A DNA stretch of 64,000 nucleotides. Origin: a virus (taxonomy: Duplodnaviria > Caudoviricetes). Where the stretch lies: positions 64,001 to 128,000 of the IMG/VR virus record IMGVR_UViG_3300001525_000092. One strand, given 5' to 3'. The translations under genes and the position numbers were made by a program. The notes under the pieces are model-generated. The model ran no database searches, had not been told where the DNA came from, and was given only the letters and a program-made list of their open reading frames with translations. How positions within the stretch are numbered: position 1 is the first letter of the stretch; every line of letters begins with the position of its first letter. Shown piece after piece: positions 8,834-17,714 of the stretch.

Positions 8834-9397
8834 ATGGAAACAAACAACACTAACTTACATATCATGACAGTGACAGGTCCTGACATCAACAATGGACCTG
8901 GTTTTAGAATCACTATATGGGTGTCTGGTTGCACTCACAATTGCTTCAACTGTCAGAACAAGCATACTCATAAGTATGGGCAAGGACACAAGCTAGATGA
9001 CAAGTACAATAACTTGCCATCATATACTTACAGAGACAAGATCATGTCATTAGCATCTGATAACCACATTGATGGAATCACTATATCAGGAGGTGATCCA
9101 TTAGATCAGTCACAGTTTGCATTGGAAGACTTGAGAGACTTCTTGCATGACTTCAGACAGAAGTTTCCTAAGAAGAGTGTATGGCTTTATACAGGATGCA
9201 ACTATGAAGATCTAGAGTACTTTCAGCTACAAGTAGCAAGATATTGTGATGTGATAGTTGATGGAAGATACATAGATGAGCAAAGAGACATCACTATTCC
9301 ATTTAGAGGAAGCAAGAACCAACGCATCATAGATGTGAAGAAATCAATGAGAGAAGGTAGAACCATAACAATAGATGACAATGAATTCAAAGTGTGA
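8834..9397 (+). CDS. nrdG: Anaerobic RNR activating radical-SAM protein NrdG
   Basis: NGPGFR..WVSGCTHNCFNC, SGGDPL, VDGRY, FRGSKNQRII. Confidence 0.95.
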   Translation: METNNTNLHIMTVTGPDINNGPGFRITIWVSGCTHNCFNCQNKHTHKYGQGHKLDDKYNNLPSYTYRDKIMSLASDNHIDGITISGGDPLDQSQFALEDLRDFLHDFRQKFPKKSVWLYTGCNYEDLEYFQLQVARYCDVIVDGRYIDEQRDITIPFRGSKNQRIIDVKKSMREGRTITIDDNEFKV

Positions 9398-9581
9398 GGA
9401 ATTGATAGAAGGACAAAAGCAAAGAATCATTGACTTATGCAAAGAAAGATATCCAGACAGTATGGATGTTGCAGAGATAGGCATGCGAACTGGATGGAAG
9501 ATCAATAAGCAGATAGTTGATGACTTGGTTAATGATGGAATAATTGAGTGGGATGACATGACTAGAATAAGAATTGCATAA
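9375..9581 (+). CDS. Small winged-helix-like protein
   Basis: MDVAEIG..IVDDLVNDGII pattern. Confidence 0.4.
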   Translation: MTMNSKCEELIEGQKQRIIDLCKERYPDSMDVAEIGMRTGWKINKQIVDDLVNDGIIEWDDMTRIRIA

Positions 9582-9627
9582 AAATGAATAAAAAGTGCAT
9601 GAAAATTTGAACTTAGTTGTAATTAGT

Positions 9628-9655
9628 TTGAAATTTCATGCACTTGTTCTATATT
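9628..9655 (+). promoter_or_regulatory. Class A promoter
   Basis: TTGAAA-N16-TATATT. Confidence 0.7.
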
Positions 9656-9691
9656 ATTCATGTCAAACAATTAAAATACTTTATAATTATT

Positions 9692-9949
9692 ATGGGACAG
9701 ACGAAAGACTTCTTTGGAACACCAATCAAGATAGGTGATGTAGTAGCACTCACAGATCCTGAGAGCTCAAGAAAGACATTCATAACAGGTGTCATCAAAG
9801 AAATCACACAGAATGGTATTTGGGTACTAGTAGAGATACCATATCCTTGGTTCAATGAAGAAGAGGAAATTTCTGAAGACAACCACCCTTACTATCTTTA
9901 CAAGAAGAAAGCTTCGGGAGTCATTTATTCACCTTTAAACAAAGACTAA
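9692..9949 (+). CDS. Hypothetical SH3/KOW-like protein (D.FG..I.IGD.V family)
   Basis: KDFFGTPIKIGDVVA; paralog of next ORF; start placed downstream of promoter. Confidence 0.6.
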   Translation: MGQTKDFFGTPIKIGDVVALTDPESSRKTFITGVIKEITQNGIWVLVEIPYPWFNEEEEISEDNHPYYLYKKKASGVIYSPLNKD

Positions 9950-9951
9950 TC

Positions 9952-10152
9952 ATGGTAGACTATTTTGGAAATGAGTTGCATATAGGAGACATTGTTGCTT
10001 TTGTTCCTCCTTATGTAGAATCTAAGTCATTTGAGACCGGAAAAGTGATAGAGTTCACCAAGAAGATGGTGAGAGTAGAATATCATCACAGAAATGATTT
10101 GTGTCCTAGCTATGTGTTGAAGTACCCTACTGGACTTATATTGAAGAAATAA
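9952..10152 (+). CDS. Hypothetical SH3/KOW-like protein, same family
   Basis: VDYFGNELHIGDIVA. Confidence 0.6.
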   Translation: MVDYFGNELHIGDIVAFVPPYVESKSFETGKVIEFTKKMVRVEYHHRNDLCPSYVLKYPTGLILKK

Positions 10153-10156
10153 GAAT

Positions 10157-10333
10157 ATGATGACAGAATTCATAAAGAAAATAATAGTTGGATTGATAGC
10201 AATATTTGTGTTCAACTTCTTCTTGAGTGCGTTTGGGACATTCATCATGAACATTATCTTTGCTATGATTGGAATTATCATTTATGATTTGATTAATAAC
10301 GGCACAAACAACAATGGAAAAGCTTATATATAA
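10157..10333 (+). CDS. Small membrane protein (58 aa, not in ORF track)
   Basis: MMTEFIKKIIVGLIAIFVFNFFLSAFGTFIMNIIFAMIGIIIYD.. Confidence 0.55.
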   Translation: MMTEFIKKIIVGLIAIFVFNFFLSAFGTFIMNIIFAMIGIIIYDLINNGTNNNGKAYI

Positions 10334-10952
10334 GATTACAAAGAACATTCCTGGCTTCACTTACAAGCCTAACACAGAGTTTCATGTCATCAACAATGAA
10401 GTGTATGTTAGAGAATATAGCTTCTCAAGATATCTTCCTATGAAGAGAAATGAAGAGTTTGATAAGTTCAATTTTGATGCTTTTGTTGACATGGGCATGA
10501 TGACAAGAGAAGCAACAGACCTTCCTAACTGTGAATGGAAAGAAGGTGACTTAGTTGTCTATAATAGATATGGACTAGAATACTTCAACTCTAACTTCAG
10601 CATCAATCCTAAGAAGACAAAGAATGAAGTCTGTTCTGTCATCTCTACTCCTATTCTTGAAGGAAAGAATATAGTATATGTCACAATCAAGAATGTGATG
10701 GATGGAAGAGAACATAAAGTGAAGATGACACAGTTGCTAGCTCCTTCCAAGAAGTACTGGTTCATTGACAGTCATGGCAACATTAAGATGACTTACTTCT
10801 GGCTGAATCCATTAGAAGACAGGTATCGCATTGCTAACAAGAATGTGTTTGTTTCTCATGATGCTAGTCTGCGAGCAAGAGAAAACATTTATAAGAAAGA
10901 GATGAAGAACATTGAAGAACTTAAAGAATTTGTGATGTCATGGAAGAGCTGA
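10314..10952 (+). CDS. Hypothetical protein
   Basis: Long ORF in operon. Confidence 0.65.
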   Translation: MEKLIYKITKNIPGFTYKPNTEFHVINNEVYVREYSFSRYLPMKRNEEFDKFNFDAFVDMGMMTREATDLPNCEWKEGDLVVYNRYGLEYFNSNFSINPKKTKNEVCSVISTPILEGKNIVYVTIKNVMDGREHKVKMTQLLAPSKKYWFIDSHGNIKMTYFWLNPLEDRYRIANKNVFVSHDASLRARENIYKKEMKNIEELKEFVMSWKS

Positions 10953-11380
10953 TGATTTATCTTAGTACTGTGATTGGCCTCAGTCTTCTTCTGATGATTC
11001 CACTTTACTTCAATATTAGATCACTTAAGAAGACTAAGAAAGAAGTAGAAGACAGAAATGTTGCACTTCATATCATATACAGCATACCTTATCGACAGAA
11101 AGATGGGAAAGAGATGCTTATCTTCATGAAAGCAGATGGAAACAAGAAGAACGGAACAACAATAGGCATCAGATGCCGCTCAGATTGTTTCTGTGTTCAA
11201 GAAGAGTATGATGAGAGAGACATGAAGTTCTATGCTCAGCTTATCAAAGAAGGCTACTATAGAGTAGATGACAATTACAAGAATTGCAAAGATTGGTATC
11301 AATATTCAATTAATGGGAACATATATGATGGAACATGGAAAGAATGCATCAAGTCTAGGAAACGGAATTCCTCTAAATAA
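10940..11380 (+). CDS. Hypothetical protein with N-terminal TM
   Basis: Hydrophobic N-terminus. Confidence 0.6.
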   Translation: MEELMIYLSTVIGLSLLLMIPLYFNIRSLKKTKKEVEDRNVALHIIYSIPYRQKDGKEMLIFMKADGNKKNGTTIGIRCRSDCFCVQEEYDERDMKFYAQLIKEGYYRVDDNYKNCKDWYQYSINGNIYDGTWKECIKSRKRNSSK

Positions 11381-11726
11381 GTTCAATCTTGAGATAGTGT
11401 TGAAGGCTATCTTATGGTATGGGTCTGGTTGTCATGGACGCATAACATCCATATCATTCAATGTAGTCAAGAGCATATTTGAGATTGACAATGCAAGAGA
11501 TCTCCAGAAGCTATACAACATGCTAGACTTGAACTCAGAAGAGCTTGGTGTGTACAGTGTGTGCTTTGCTGACAATAATATAGAGATGGAGAACATGTCA
11601 GAAGCACCAGTTGCATTGCTGAATACATCGCGGTCACTTGCCATGCGTGCTATCGTGTACTCCCAAAAAGATGATCTTGATGACATATCAATAAGTGTGT
11701 CTGACTTCATGAATGACTTGCTTTGA
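11325..11726 (+). CDS. Hypothetical protein
   Basis: ORF in operon; start uncertain. Confidence 0.55.
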   Translation: MMEHGKNASSLGNGIPLNKFNLEIVLKAILWYGSGCHGRITSISFNVVKSIFEIDNARDLQKLYNMLDLNSEELGVYSVCFADNNIEMENMSEAPVALLNTSRSLAMRAIVYSQKDDLDDISISVSDFMNDLL

Positions 11727-11830
11727 AAAAATGCCGCTGGCGGCCTTGAAATTCTCACCCTAATATAATTTATATCTCAAGCTATTTCGCGGCCGCCAGC
11801 GTCACGCAGCGACCCCTAGCGGCATTCTAT
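11727..11830 (-). repeat. Dispersed GC-rich element, copy 2 (reverse)
   Basis: Reverse complement ATAGAATGCCGCTAGGGGTCGC..GGCGGCCGCGAAATAGCTTGAGATATAAATTATATTAGGG..TTTCAAGGCCGCCAGCGGCA. Confidence 0.95.
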
Positions 11831-11884
11831 GACTACTTCTTAGAAGTAACAATTAAAATATTTTAGAAAAAAGTTGAAAATTAT

Positions 11885-11912
11885 TTGAAATTATAAGAAA
11901 CATTACTATATT
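11885..11912 (+). promoter_or_regulatory. Class A promoter
   Basis: TTGAAA-N16-TATATT. Confidence 0.7.
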
Positions 11913-11956
11913 ATACACGTAAACAATAAAACATTAACAATTCAATTCTTATAATT

Positions 11957-12238
11957 ATGAATACAGTTTCAACTTCGGCATCAGTAAACAACACAGTAAA
12001 GAACATCTCCGCTAACTTCAAGAAGTTCTCTCTTGATGAAGCAAAGAAGAAAGGAACTAAGATAGTTACAAGAGATGGAAAGAGAGTTACTTTTGTATGT
12101 GTCTCAAGAGACAAGATTGTTGCAATCGTCCACTCAAACTTTGCTTCTTATCAGGACAAGCAATACAAGTTCAACCTTGATGGCTCACGGTACTCTAGCA
12201 ATCTCATTCACAATCTTGACTTGATGATTGCAGCTTAA
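11957..12238 (+). CDS. Hypothetical protein
   Basis: FSLDEAKK..IVTRDGKRV..DG...LDL pattern; follows a promoter. Confidence 0.65.
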   Translation: MNTVSTSASVNNTVKNISANFKKFSLDEAKKKGTKIVTRDGKRVTFVCVSRDKIVAIVHSNFASYQDKQYKFNLDGSRYSSNLIHNLDLMIAA

Positions 12239-12317
12239 CAACTCTACTTTCACTTACTTTCACTTATACTAATACATAACATAACATAATATAATATAAT
12301 TTTAATTTAGAAGAAGC

Positions 12318-12692
12318 ATGAAGAAGATCATCATCACATTAGCGCTCACTTTAGTATCAACACTTGCATTTTCTACTACATACAAGACTATCAACTACAA
12401 TACTGACAATGTTCCAGTCCATGAGTATGAGTCTGTTGAGAATGTTGACTACTGGGTATCTGTCTTGAAGTTCATCTCTGATGCACAGAAGACATCACAA
12501 GACAAAGTAGTCATCAAGTATGATGGAAAGTGGAAGTATGTCATTCCAAATGCAGAGTCACTCATCCAACTTGACATCATCATCTCTCACTTGACTTCCG
12601 GCTCATCTATCAAAGATGGATCATTCTCAGCTAACATGAAGAAAGCTTTTGACATTGCAAAGAAAGATGGATTGATTGTGACAATCAAGTAA
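12318..12692 (+). CDS. Secreted hypothetical protein
   Basis: Sec signal peptide MKKIIITLALTLVSTLAFS. Confidence 0.65.
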   Translation: MKKIIITLALTLVSTLAFSTTYKTINYNTDNVPVHEYESVENVDYWVSVLKFISDAQKTSQDKVVIKYDGKWKYVIPNAESLIQLDIIISHLTSGSSIKDGSFSANMKKAFDIAKKDGLIVTIK

Positions 12693-12713
12693 TCAACTAA
12701 CTACATAAAACAG

Positions 12714-12755
12714 ATCGCAAATTTAACATCTATATACAATTGTTAAATTTGCGAT
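12714..12755. terminator. Hairpin between convergent genes
   Basis: ATCGCAAATTTAACA..TGTTAAATTTGCGAT inverted repeat. Confidence 0.6.
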
Positions 12756-12844
12756 TTGGGCGTTTATTTTTCTCGTACCTTATAAATTATATACTTAAGG
12801 TATTTCGCGGCCGCCAACGGCGCCCAGCGACTCCTGGCGTCATC
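12746..12844 (-). repeat. Dispersed GC-rich element, copy 3 (reverse, diverged 3' arm)
   Basis: Reverse complement GATGACGCCAGGAGTCGCTGGGCGCCGTTGGCGGCCGCGAAAT..TATAATTTATA..CGCCCAAATCGCAAATTT. Confidence 0.9.
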
Positions 12845-13187
12845 TCATAGAACGTTTAGTCAATCGGTATTTGTCACCATCTTTTATGATGCGATAGAAA
12901 GTCCAGTTTGATGACTTCATCCATCCATAAGTTGATATGTCTTTCTTTGTCTCATAGCTTCTCATTGGACTGTACACCCATTGGACAGGATAGATAGCAA
13001 GAGTGTCTGCTATGCATACACTGTCTATGAATCTTCTGTCTACTATAGTGTCTAAGTCGTATTGCATTGTCTCATTGACTGTCTCTCTAGGACTAGAGCA
13101 GCCTATGAAGAAGAATGAGACTATCAATAGTATCATGATTATCCATGTGATGATAGTAGCTTGCATCTGTGAAAGTTCTTTCTTCAT
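12840..13187 (-). CDS. Putative lipoprotein
   Basis: Hydrophobic stretch ending FFFIG-C. Confidence 0.6.
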   Translation of the reverse strand: MKKELSQMQATIITWIIMILLIVSFFFIGCSSPRETVNETMQYDLDTIVDRRFIDSVCIADTLAIYPVQWVYSPMRSYETKKDISTYGWMKSSNWTFYRIIKDGDKYRLTKRSMR

Positions 13188-13191
13188 TTGA

Positions 13192-13204
13192 ATTTTTAAC
13201 TAAA
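13192..13204 (+). promoter_or_regulatory. Class B (putative late) promoter motif ATTTTTAACTAAA
   Basis: Identical 13-mer 20-26 bp upstream of genes at 13230, 23694 and 42499(-). Confidence 0.5.
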
Positions 13205-13229
13205 TATATAGTTGATTAATAATTAAAGT

Positions 13230-13850
13230 ATGAGAATGCTAGGTTGCAAAGCGTCTAAGATAGATGCATCAGACAAGATTCTAAATAGAAACTTGACTAA
13301 CAAGATACCATCCACTTACTCTTTTGAGAAGTTCTTGTCTCCTGTCCAAGACCAAGGATCAACTAACATGTGCGTGACTTATGCATTGTCATCCTTCTTG
13401 AACTGGGTGACAGACATGAAGTGCAAGACACCAAACAAAGACAATGCCATTGACTTAGATTCTATATATAGTGCTAGATCAGACAAGAAGAATGACAATG
13501 GAATGTCAATAAAAGAAGCATTGTCTTATGTGAGGAATCATGGAGTGAAGTCTAAGTCAGGAAAGCTGACAATCAATGACTATGCTGTGATAGGAAGCAT
13601 GCAGATACTGAAGCAAGCAATAGTATGCAATGGTCCTGTTCTGATAGCACTTCCTGTCTATGATAGCTCTAGAAACGACTTTTGGAATGGTGCCGAGCTT
13701 GAAGGTGGCCATTGTGTTGCTGTAGTAGGATATGACAATGATGGATTCATTATCAGAAATAGCTGGGGCAGAAGCTATGGAAAGAATGGATACTGGACAT
13801 TGCCTTATTCCGACTTCACCAAAGTGAGAGAAATCTGGACCATCATATAG
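13230..13850 (+). CDS. Papain-like cysteine peptidase (C1)
   Basis: PVQDQG..MC, GGHCVAVVGY, IRNSWG..YG..GY. Confidence 0.9.
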   Translation: MRMLGCKASKIDASDKILNRNLTNKIPSTYSFEKFLSPVQDQGSTNMCVTYALSSFLNWVTDMKCKTPNKDNAIDLDSIYSARSDKKNDNGMSIKEALSYVRNHGVKSKSGKLTINDYAVIGSMQILKQAIVCNGPVLIALPVYDSSRNDFWNGAELEGGHCVAVVGYDNDGFIIRNSWGRSYGKNGYWTLPYSDFTKVREIWTII

Positions 13851-13857
13851 AAATGAC

Positions 13858-13888
13858 AAAAGAGAGTACTGAGTACTCTCTTTTTTTA
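13858..13888. terminator. Bidirectional terminator
   Basis: AAAAGAGAGTAC-TGA-GTACTCTCTTTTTTT between convergent genes. Confidence 0.8.
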
Positions 13889-13889
13889 G

Positions 13890-14171
13890 TTAGAACTTTG
13901 GTATGGACACTTTAGGCATAGCTGGCATGCTCATCTTAGGCATGCTAGGCATCTTAGGTGTTCTCATTTTCTGTTCTCGCTCTTGCTTCTTGTTCTCTTC
14001 TTCCTGTTGCTTCTGTATTTCTTTTATGTTGGCTAAATAGTCTTCATATATGAAATACATCATGCTGAGAATCTCAGAAGGAGCTATGTGATACTCCTTA
14101 CTGATGTAAAGCTGATTTCGAACCAAATTTCTTGTGTCTATTCTGAACAGCAAATAAGTCGCGGACTCCAT
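13890..14171 (-). CDS. Baseplate hub assembly protein, gp51-like
   Basis: N..YI...YH...SEI..M....YE.YL.. pattern directly after the gp26-like gene. Confidence 0.5.
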   Translation of the reverse strand: MESATYLLFRIDTRNLVRNQLYISKEYHIAPSEILSMMYFIYEDYLANIKEIQKQQEEENKKQEREQKMRTPKMPSMPKMSMPAMPKVSIPKF

Positions 14172-15183
14172 TTGGAAATCGGATCTGTGATGTCACCTCC
14201 TCTCCACAAGATGGACATGTTGCTTTCAGTGTAGTAGCAGGTGTCACTGCAATGTTAGCAATCACATCATTCCAGAAGCTGAACTCATCGATGTCCCATG
14301 AGTCGAACTGCAACTTATATTGCTTTATTTGTCTCTTAGAGATTTCTGGATCTTTGCTTATCTTAGGTGCTACCCATGACAAGAACTTGATGAACACCGG
14401 ATCAATCTTCGCATTTCGATTCTCTTGCAATCTACGAATCATCCAGGCTTTGATGTTGGCTTCTTTCTCAAGAGTAGGAACATAGAATGTCATAGGCTCA
14501 CCTTCAACATCATACTCAGTAGGATCAATCACCCATGTTCTAGTCTCTCTGTCAAAGTACTGGATAATCTCAGGATCAGGCAAGTCATACATCAGTGCAT
14601 CATAAGTGAGTGTGAACTTGACATCATTCTCACAGTTGACACACTCTTCTGTATAAGTGATCTCTTGCTCACCTGTAGCAAATGTATATCGTCTAATCAA
14701 TAGAATGAAGAAGAATCTGTCCCAGGAATTGACATTGTACCATGGCAATGGACTGTCATCACCCCTCTTTATTGACAGACATGACTTCAATACTTCATTG
14801 AAGACATCATCTATAGAGTTGCCGTTCTGATCATCTATCATAGACCAGTTTCTGATAGCTTCTACTGTCGCAGGTCTGATATAGAACTTCCAATCAGATG
14901 GATAGAATATGTCTCTGTCACCAAGAAGCTCTCTGTCTACCGGAAGCCATCCTTCACGAATCTCCGCATTCTTGAGAATGTTGCCACCTATTCCAGTAAG
15001 CTTCTTCTCTCTCATAGTCTTGTCCATTCTCTCATTAGCTTCTTTCTGTCCAGGTGCTTGTCCTGGAATATGATTGAGCTTACCAAGAGAATGTGGCTGC
15101 TCAACAGGTGCTTCTTCTTTGAATTCTGGAATCTGTCCTGCTAATGTTTCTTCAATGTTCTCGTTGTTTACTTTCTTGCTCAT
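14098..15183 (-). CDS. Baseplate hub subunit, gp26-like
   Basis: IRP.TV, DRFF..L.IR, CxxC and C-terminal CPSCG..IRF. Confidence 0.6.
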   Translation of the reverse strand: MSKKVNNENIEETLAGQIPEFKEEAPVEQPHSLGKLNHIPGQAPGQKEANERMDKTMREKKLTGIGGNILKNAEIREGWLPVDRELLGDRDIFYPSDWKFYIRPATVEAIRNWSMIDDQNGNSIDDVFNEVLKSCLSIKRGDDSPLPWYNVNSWDRFFFILLIRRYTFATGEQEITYTEECVNCENDVKFTLTYDALMYDLPDPEIIQYFDRETRTWVIDPTEYDVEGEPMTFYVPTLEKEANIKAWMIRRLQENRNAKIDPVFIKFLSWVAPKISKDPEISKRQIKQYKLQFDSWDIDEFSFWNDVIANIAVTPATTLKATCPSCGEEVTSQIRFPNGVRDLFAVQNRHKKFGSKSALHQ

Positions 15184-15247
15184 GTTTTATATACTTTGAT
15201 ATATTAGAATTTACAGTAGTTTTCTACTTAAGAATAACAAAAATTAT

Positions 15248-16957
15248 TTAGAACACTTGCTCATACTTGCTAGCATGAACTATGACATTTCCTCCACACA
15301 ATGACTTCTTGATGTTCTCTTTCTCTATCTTCTTGTCTACCAATGACACTCTTACTTTATGAGAAAACCAATCATCTTTGAGAGGACCATGATTCACTAC
15401 CCATACACTCCTGTCTTTGGACATGTTCTTCTTTATCATCTCAAGCATCATGTCTTTCATGTTGTCATCCATGTTAGAGAAAAGCTCATCTAATCCAAGT
15501 ACATTGAAGTTCACATTAGCTATCACATTTTGCAATATTCCAAATATGATGCAGATGTCTAGTGTCTTCTTCTGGCCTGTAGACAAGTCTTTGTAAGATA
15601 TCTCTTTCTCGTTGTTGTCAATGAATATGTGACACTTGAACTCCTGGTCAAACTTCACTGTATAGTTCTGTTCTAGCTTATTTAAGAAGACTGATATGCA
15701 ATTGTTGATGTGTGGTATCATGTTGTCAAGAAGCTTGTAACGCAATGACTTAGTGAACAAGTCAGACAAGTCATTCCACTCACCTTGCTCTTTCTCATTG
15801 TCTATTGACTCTTGCATCAATTTCTCTTTCTTCTCTTCTGCTTCTTTAATGAGAGAATCAAAGTTGTCACTCATGAGCTTCATGTTAGAGTTGTATGTTG
15901 ATACTTTAGTGACAATGGAATGTATCTCAGACTTGATGTCACTTATCACTCTATCATACTTACTGTTGATGTTGTCTATAGTGTTGTTCTTTTCTTGGAT
16001 TGCTTTAGACAACTCTTCTACTTTGTCATCCCATGCATGCCAATCTGTTGCATATTGATTAATGTTCTTCAAGTACTCATCTATCTTTGACTTTTCTATA
16101 GAATGTCCACAAGTAGGACACTTTCCTGACTTGAACTTCTCATACATCTGCTTATACTGCTTTCCATTTACTGCAGCTTCTGTTCTCTTCTCTTTATATA
16201 TAGATCTCTCATTCTCTAGTACAGTTTTCTCTTCTCTTACTTCATCTATCTTGTCTTGTTGTTCTTTCTTAATCTTCTTTCCTTGTTCTATAAGTTCTTC
16301 TCTTCTTTTGTCTAGACCAGTTATGTCTATGGAAGTAGAAAGTTTCTTCTGTTGATTCTCTTTCTTTATGTTAAGAGACTGTATCTGGCTTTCTGTTTCT
16401 TGTATCAATGCTTGGAGCTCTGTTCCTCTCTTCACTACATCTCTTTTCTCTTCTATTACCTCATCATTGTAGTCTGTGAATGTCTTGAATCCAAACACAT
16501 CATCTAAGAAGCACTTTGTCTGATATGGGTTCATCTGTGCTAGTGACATGAACTGGTTGAATGATATGATGCACATTCTCTCTACTGCCATCTTAGGCAC
16601 ATCATAGTACTCTTCTAGAATCTTCTGATAGTCATTCTTAGACGGTGCTTGAAGTGGTTTTCCGTCTATGATAGCTTCCATCTCACTATAGCATTGTCTA
16701 GATATGTAGATGTCATGCTTTCCGGAAGTAAGCCAGAGCTCTATCTTGTAGTCTCTTGTGTTCCATGCTATTAAGTTTGGATTCTTGTGATCTTTGATAG
16801 TTCCATAGAGACCAAAGAGAATTCCCTCAAAAAGTGATGTCTTGCCGCTTCCTATTGGACCAGAAAGCTTGATCATTCCATTCAATTCATTGAAGTCAAA
16901 CTCTTGTGTTCCATATATCGACTTGAAGTTTGTTATCTTAATCTTGTTAATTCTCAT
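15248..16957 (-). CDS. Rad50/SbcC-like ATPase (gp46)
   Basis: NFKS, GPIGSGKT, coiled coil with CPTCG hook, LSTGQ signature, LDE. Confidence 0.95.
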   Translation of the reverse strand: MRINKIKITNFKSIYGTQEFDFNELNGMIKLSGPIGSGKTSLFEGILFGLYGTIKDHKNPNLIAWNTRDYKIELWLTSGKHDIYISRQCYSEMEAIIDGKPLQAPSKNDYQKILEEYYDVPKMAVERMCIISFNQFMSLAQMNPYQTKCFLDDVFGFKTFTDYNDEVIEEKRDVVKRGTELQALIQETESQIQSLNIKKENQQKKLSTSIDITGLDKRREELIEQGKKIKKEQQDKIDEVREEKTVLENERSIYKEKRTEAAVNGKQYKQMYEKFKSGKCPTCGHSIEKSKIDEYLKNINQYATDWHAWDDKVEELSKAIQEKNNTIDNINSKYDRVISDIKSEIHSIVTKVSTYNSNMKLMSDNFDSLIKEAEEKKEKLMQESIDNEKEQGEWNDLSDLFTKSLRYKLLDNMIPHINNCISVFLNKLEQNYTVKFDQEFKCHIFIDNNEKEISYKDLSTGQKKTLDICIIFGILQNVIANVNFNVLGLDELFSNMDDNMKDMMLEMIKKNMSKDRSVWVVNHGPLKDDWFSHKVRVSLVDKKIEKENIKKSLCGGNVIVHASKYEQVF

Positions 16958-17700
16958 TTCACTTTCTTTATGTATTTACTAGGTATGTTGTTATAACAGT
17001 ATATTGCACCTTCTTCCATTGTCTCATCATGATACATAGGTATCTCATGATTATGAAGATTTACTTTTAAAATAGAAATGTTGTTAAGATTTTCTTCTCC
17101 GGTGACTTCTTTCATGAACACTTCAATATTATCTATATCTTTTATTTTCTTGATAGAAGAATAAAGATATATCCTTCTTGGAAAGTATCGATAAGTACCT
17201 TCTTTGATTCTCAATCCATTCTTCAATATGGAATTAGCTTTAGATTTTGTAGTGAAGTGATATAGTTGCCCATGATTTTTATTGTATACGAGTTCATCCG
17301 CTCTATCAGACTTCACAGGGTTGACATAAGCTTTTCTGCTATCTTGTTGTGTGACATCATATCCATAAAACTCAATTAAGTCATAGAAATTATCATCATT
17401 GAAATCTATGTTGCTTACTATTATTCCTCCTTTCTTAAGTCTTTTTCCTTCTAAAGCTCTATCTATCTTGATATTAGGATATGTGGACTTGAGTTTCTTT
17501 ATCAATAGTTCTGTATCATGGGTATTTAAGTTCTCTAGTATGTAGTCACAATTTATTCCATTTTCTATATCTTCTAACACATTAGAAGGAATTCCTAAGT
17601 CACCATAGTATTCTTCTAGCAATGACTTTTTATGAAGTATTCTGAAATATGTATCTGACACTGACAATGATTCTTCTAGTTGGTGCATCAAAGTTTTCAT
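16954..17700 (-). CDS. Putative ADP-ribosyltransferase-fold protein (Tpt1/KptA-like C-terminal domain)
   Basis: LYHFT....SILKNGL, RIYL, C-terminal IPSKYI; N-terminal MKTLMHQLEES leader. Confidence 0.55.
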   Translation of the reverse strand: MKTLMHQLEESLSVSDTYFRILHKKSLLEEYYGDLGIPSNVLEDIENGINCDYILENLNTHDTELLIKKLKSTYPNIKIDRALEGKRLKKGGIIVSNIDFNDDNFYDLIEFYGYDVTQQDSRKAYVNPVKSDRADELVYNKNHGQLYHFTTKSKANSILKNGLRIKEGTYRYFPRRIYLYSSIKKIKDIDNIEVFMKEVTGEENLNNISILKVNLHNHEIPMYHDETMEEGAIYCYNNIPSKYIKKVK

Positions 17701-17714
17701 TTTTCTTTCTCTAT

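Noticed and set aside
11432-11758. Antisense ORFs in the track (e.g. 248-637, 11432-11758, 38607-39017, 55845-56477)
   Set aside because: Shadows of genuine genes on the opposite strand, without motifs
12245-12300. Short tandem repeats ACTTTCACTT x2 and A(C/T)ATA x5
   Set aside because: Low-complexity intergenic slippage with no further structure
14098-14171. Programmed -1 frameshift joining the gp26-like and gp51-like ORFs
   Set aside because: The downstream ORF is in the +1 frame and has its own ATG; the AAATTTG heptamer is not in slippage register
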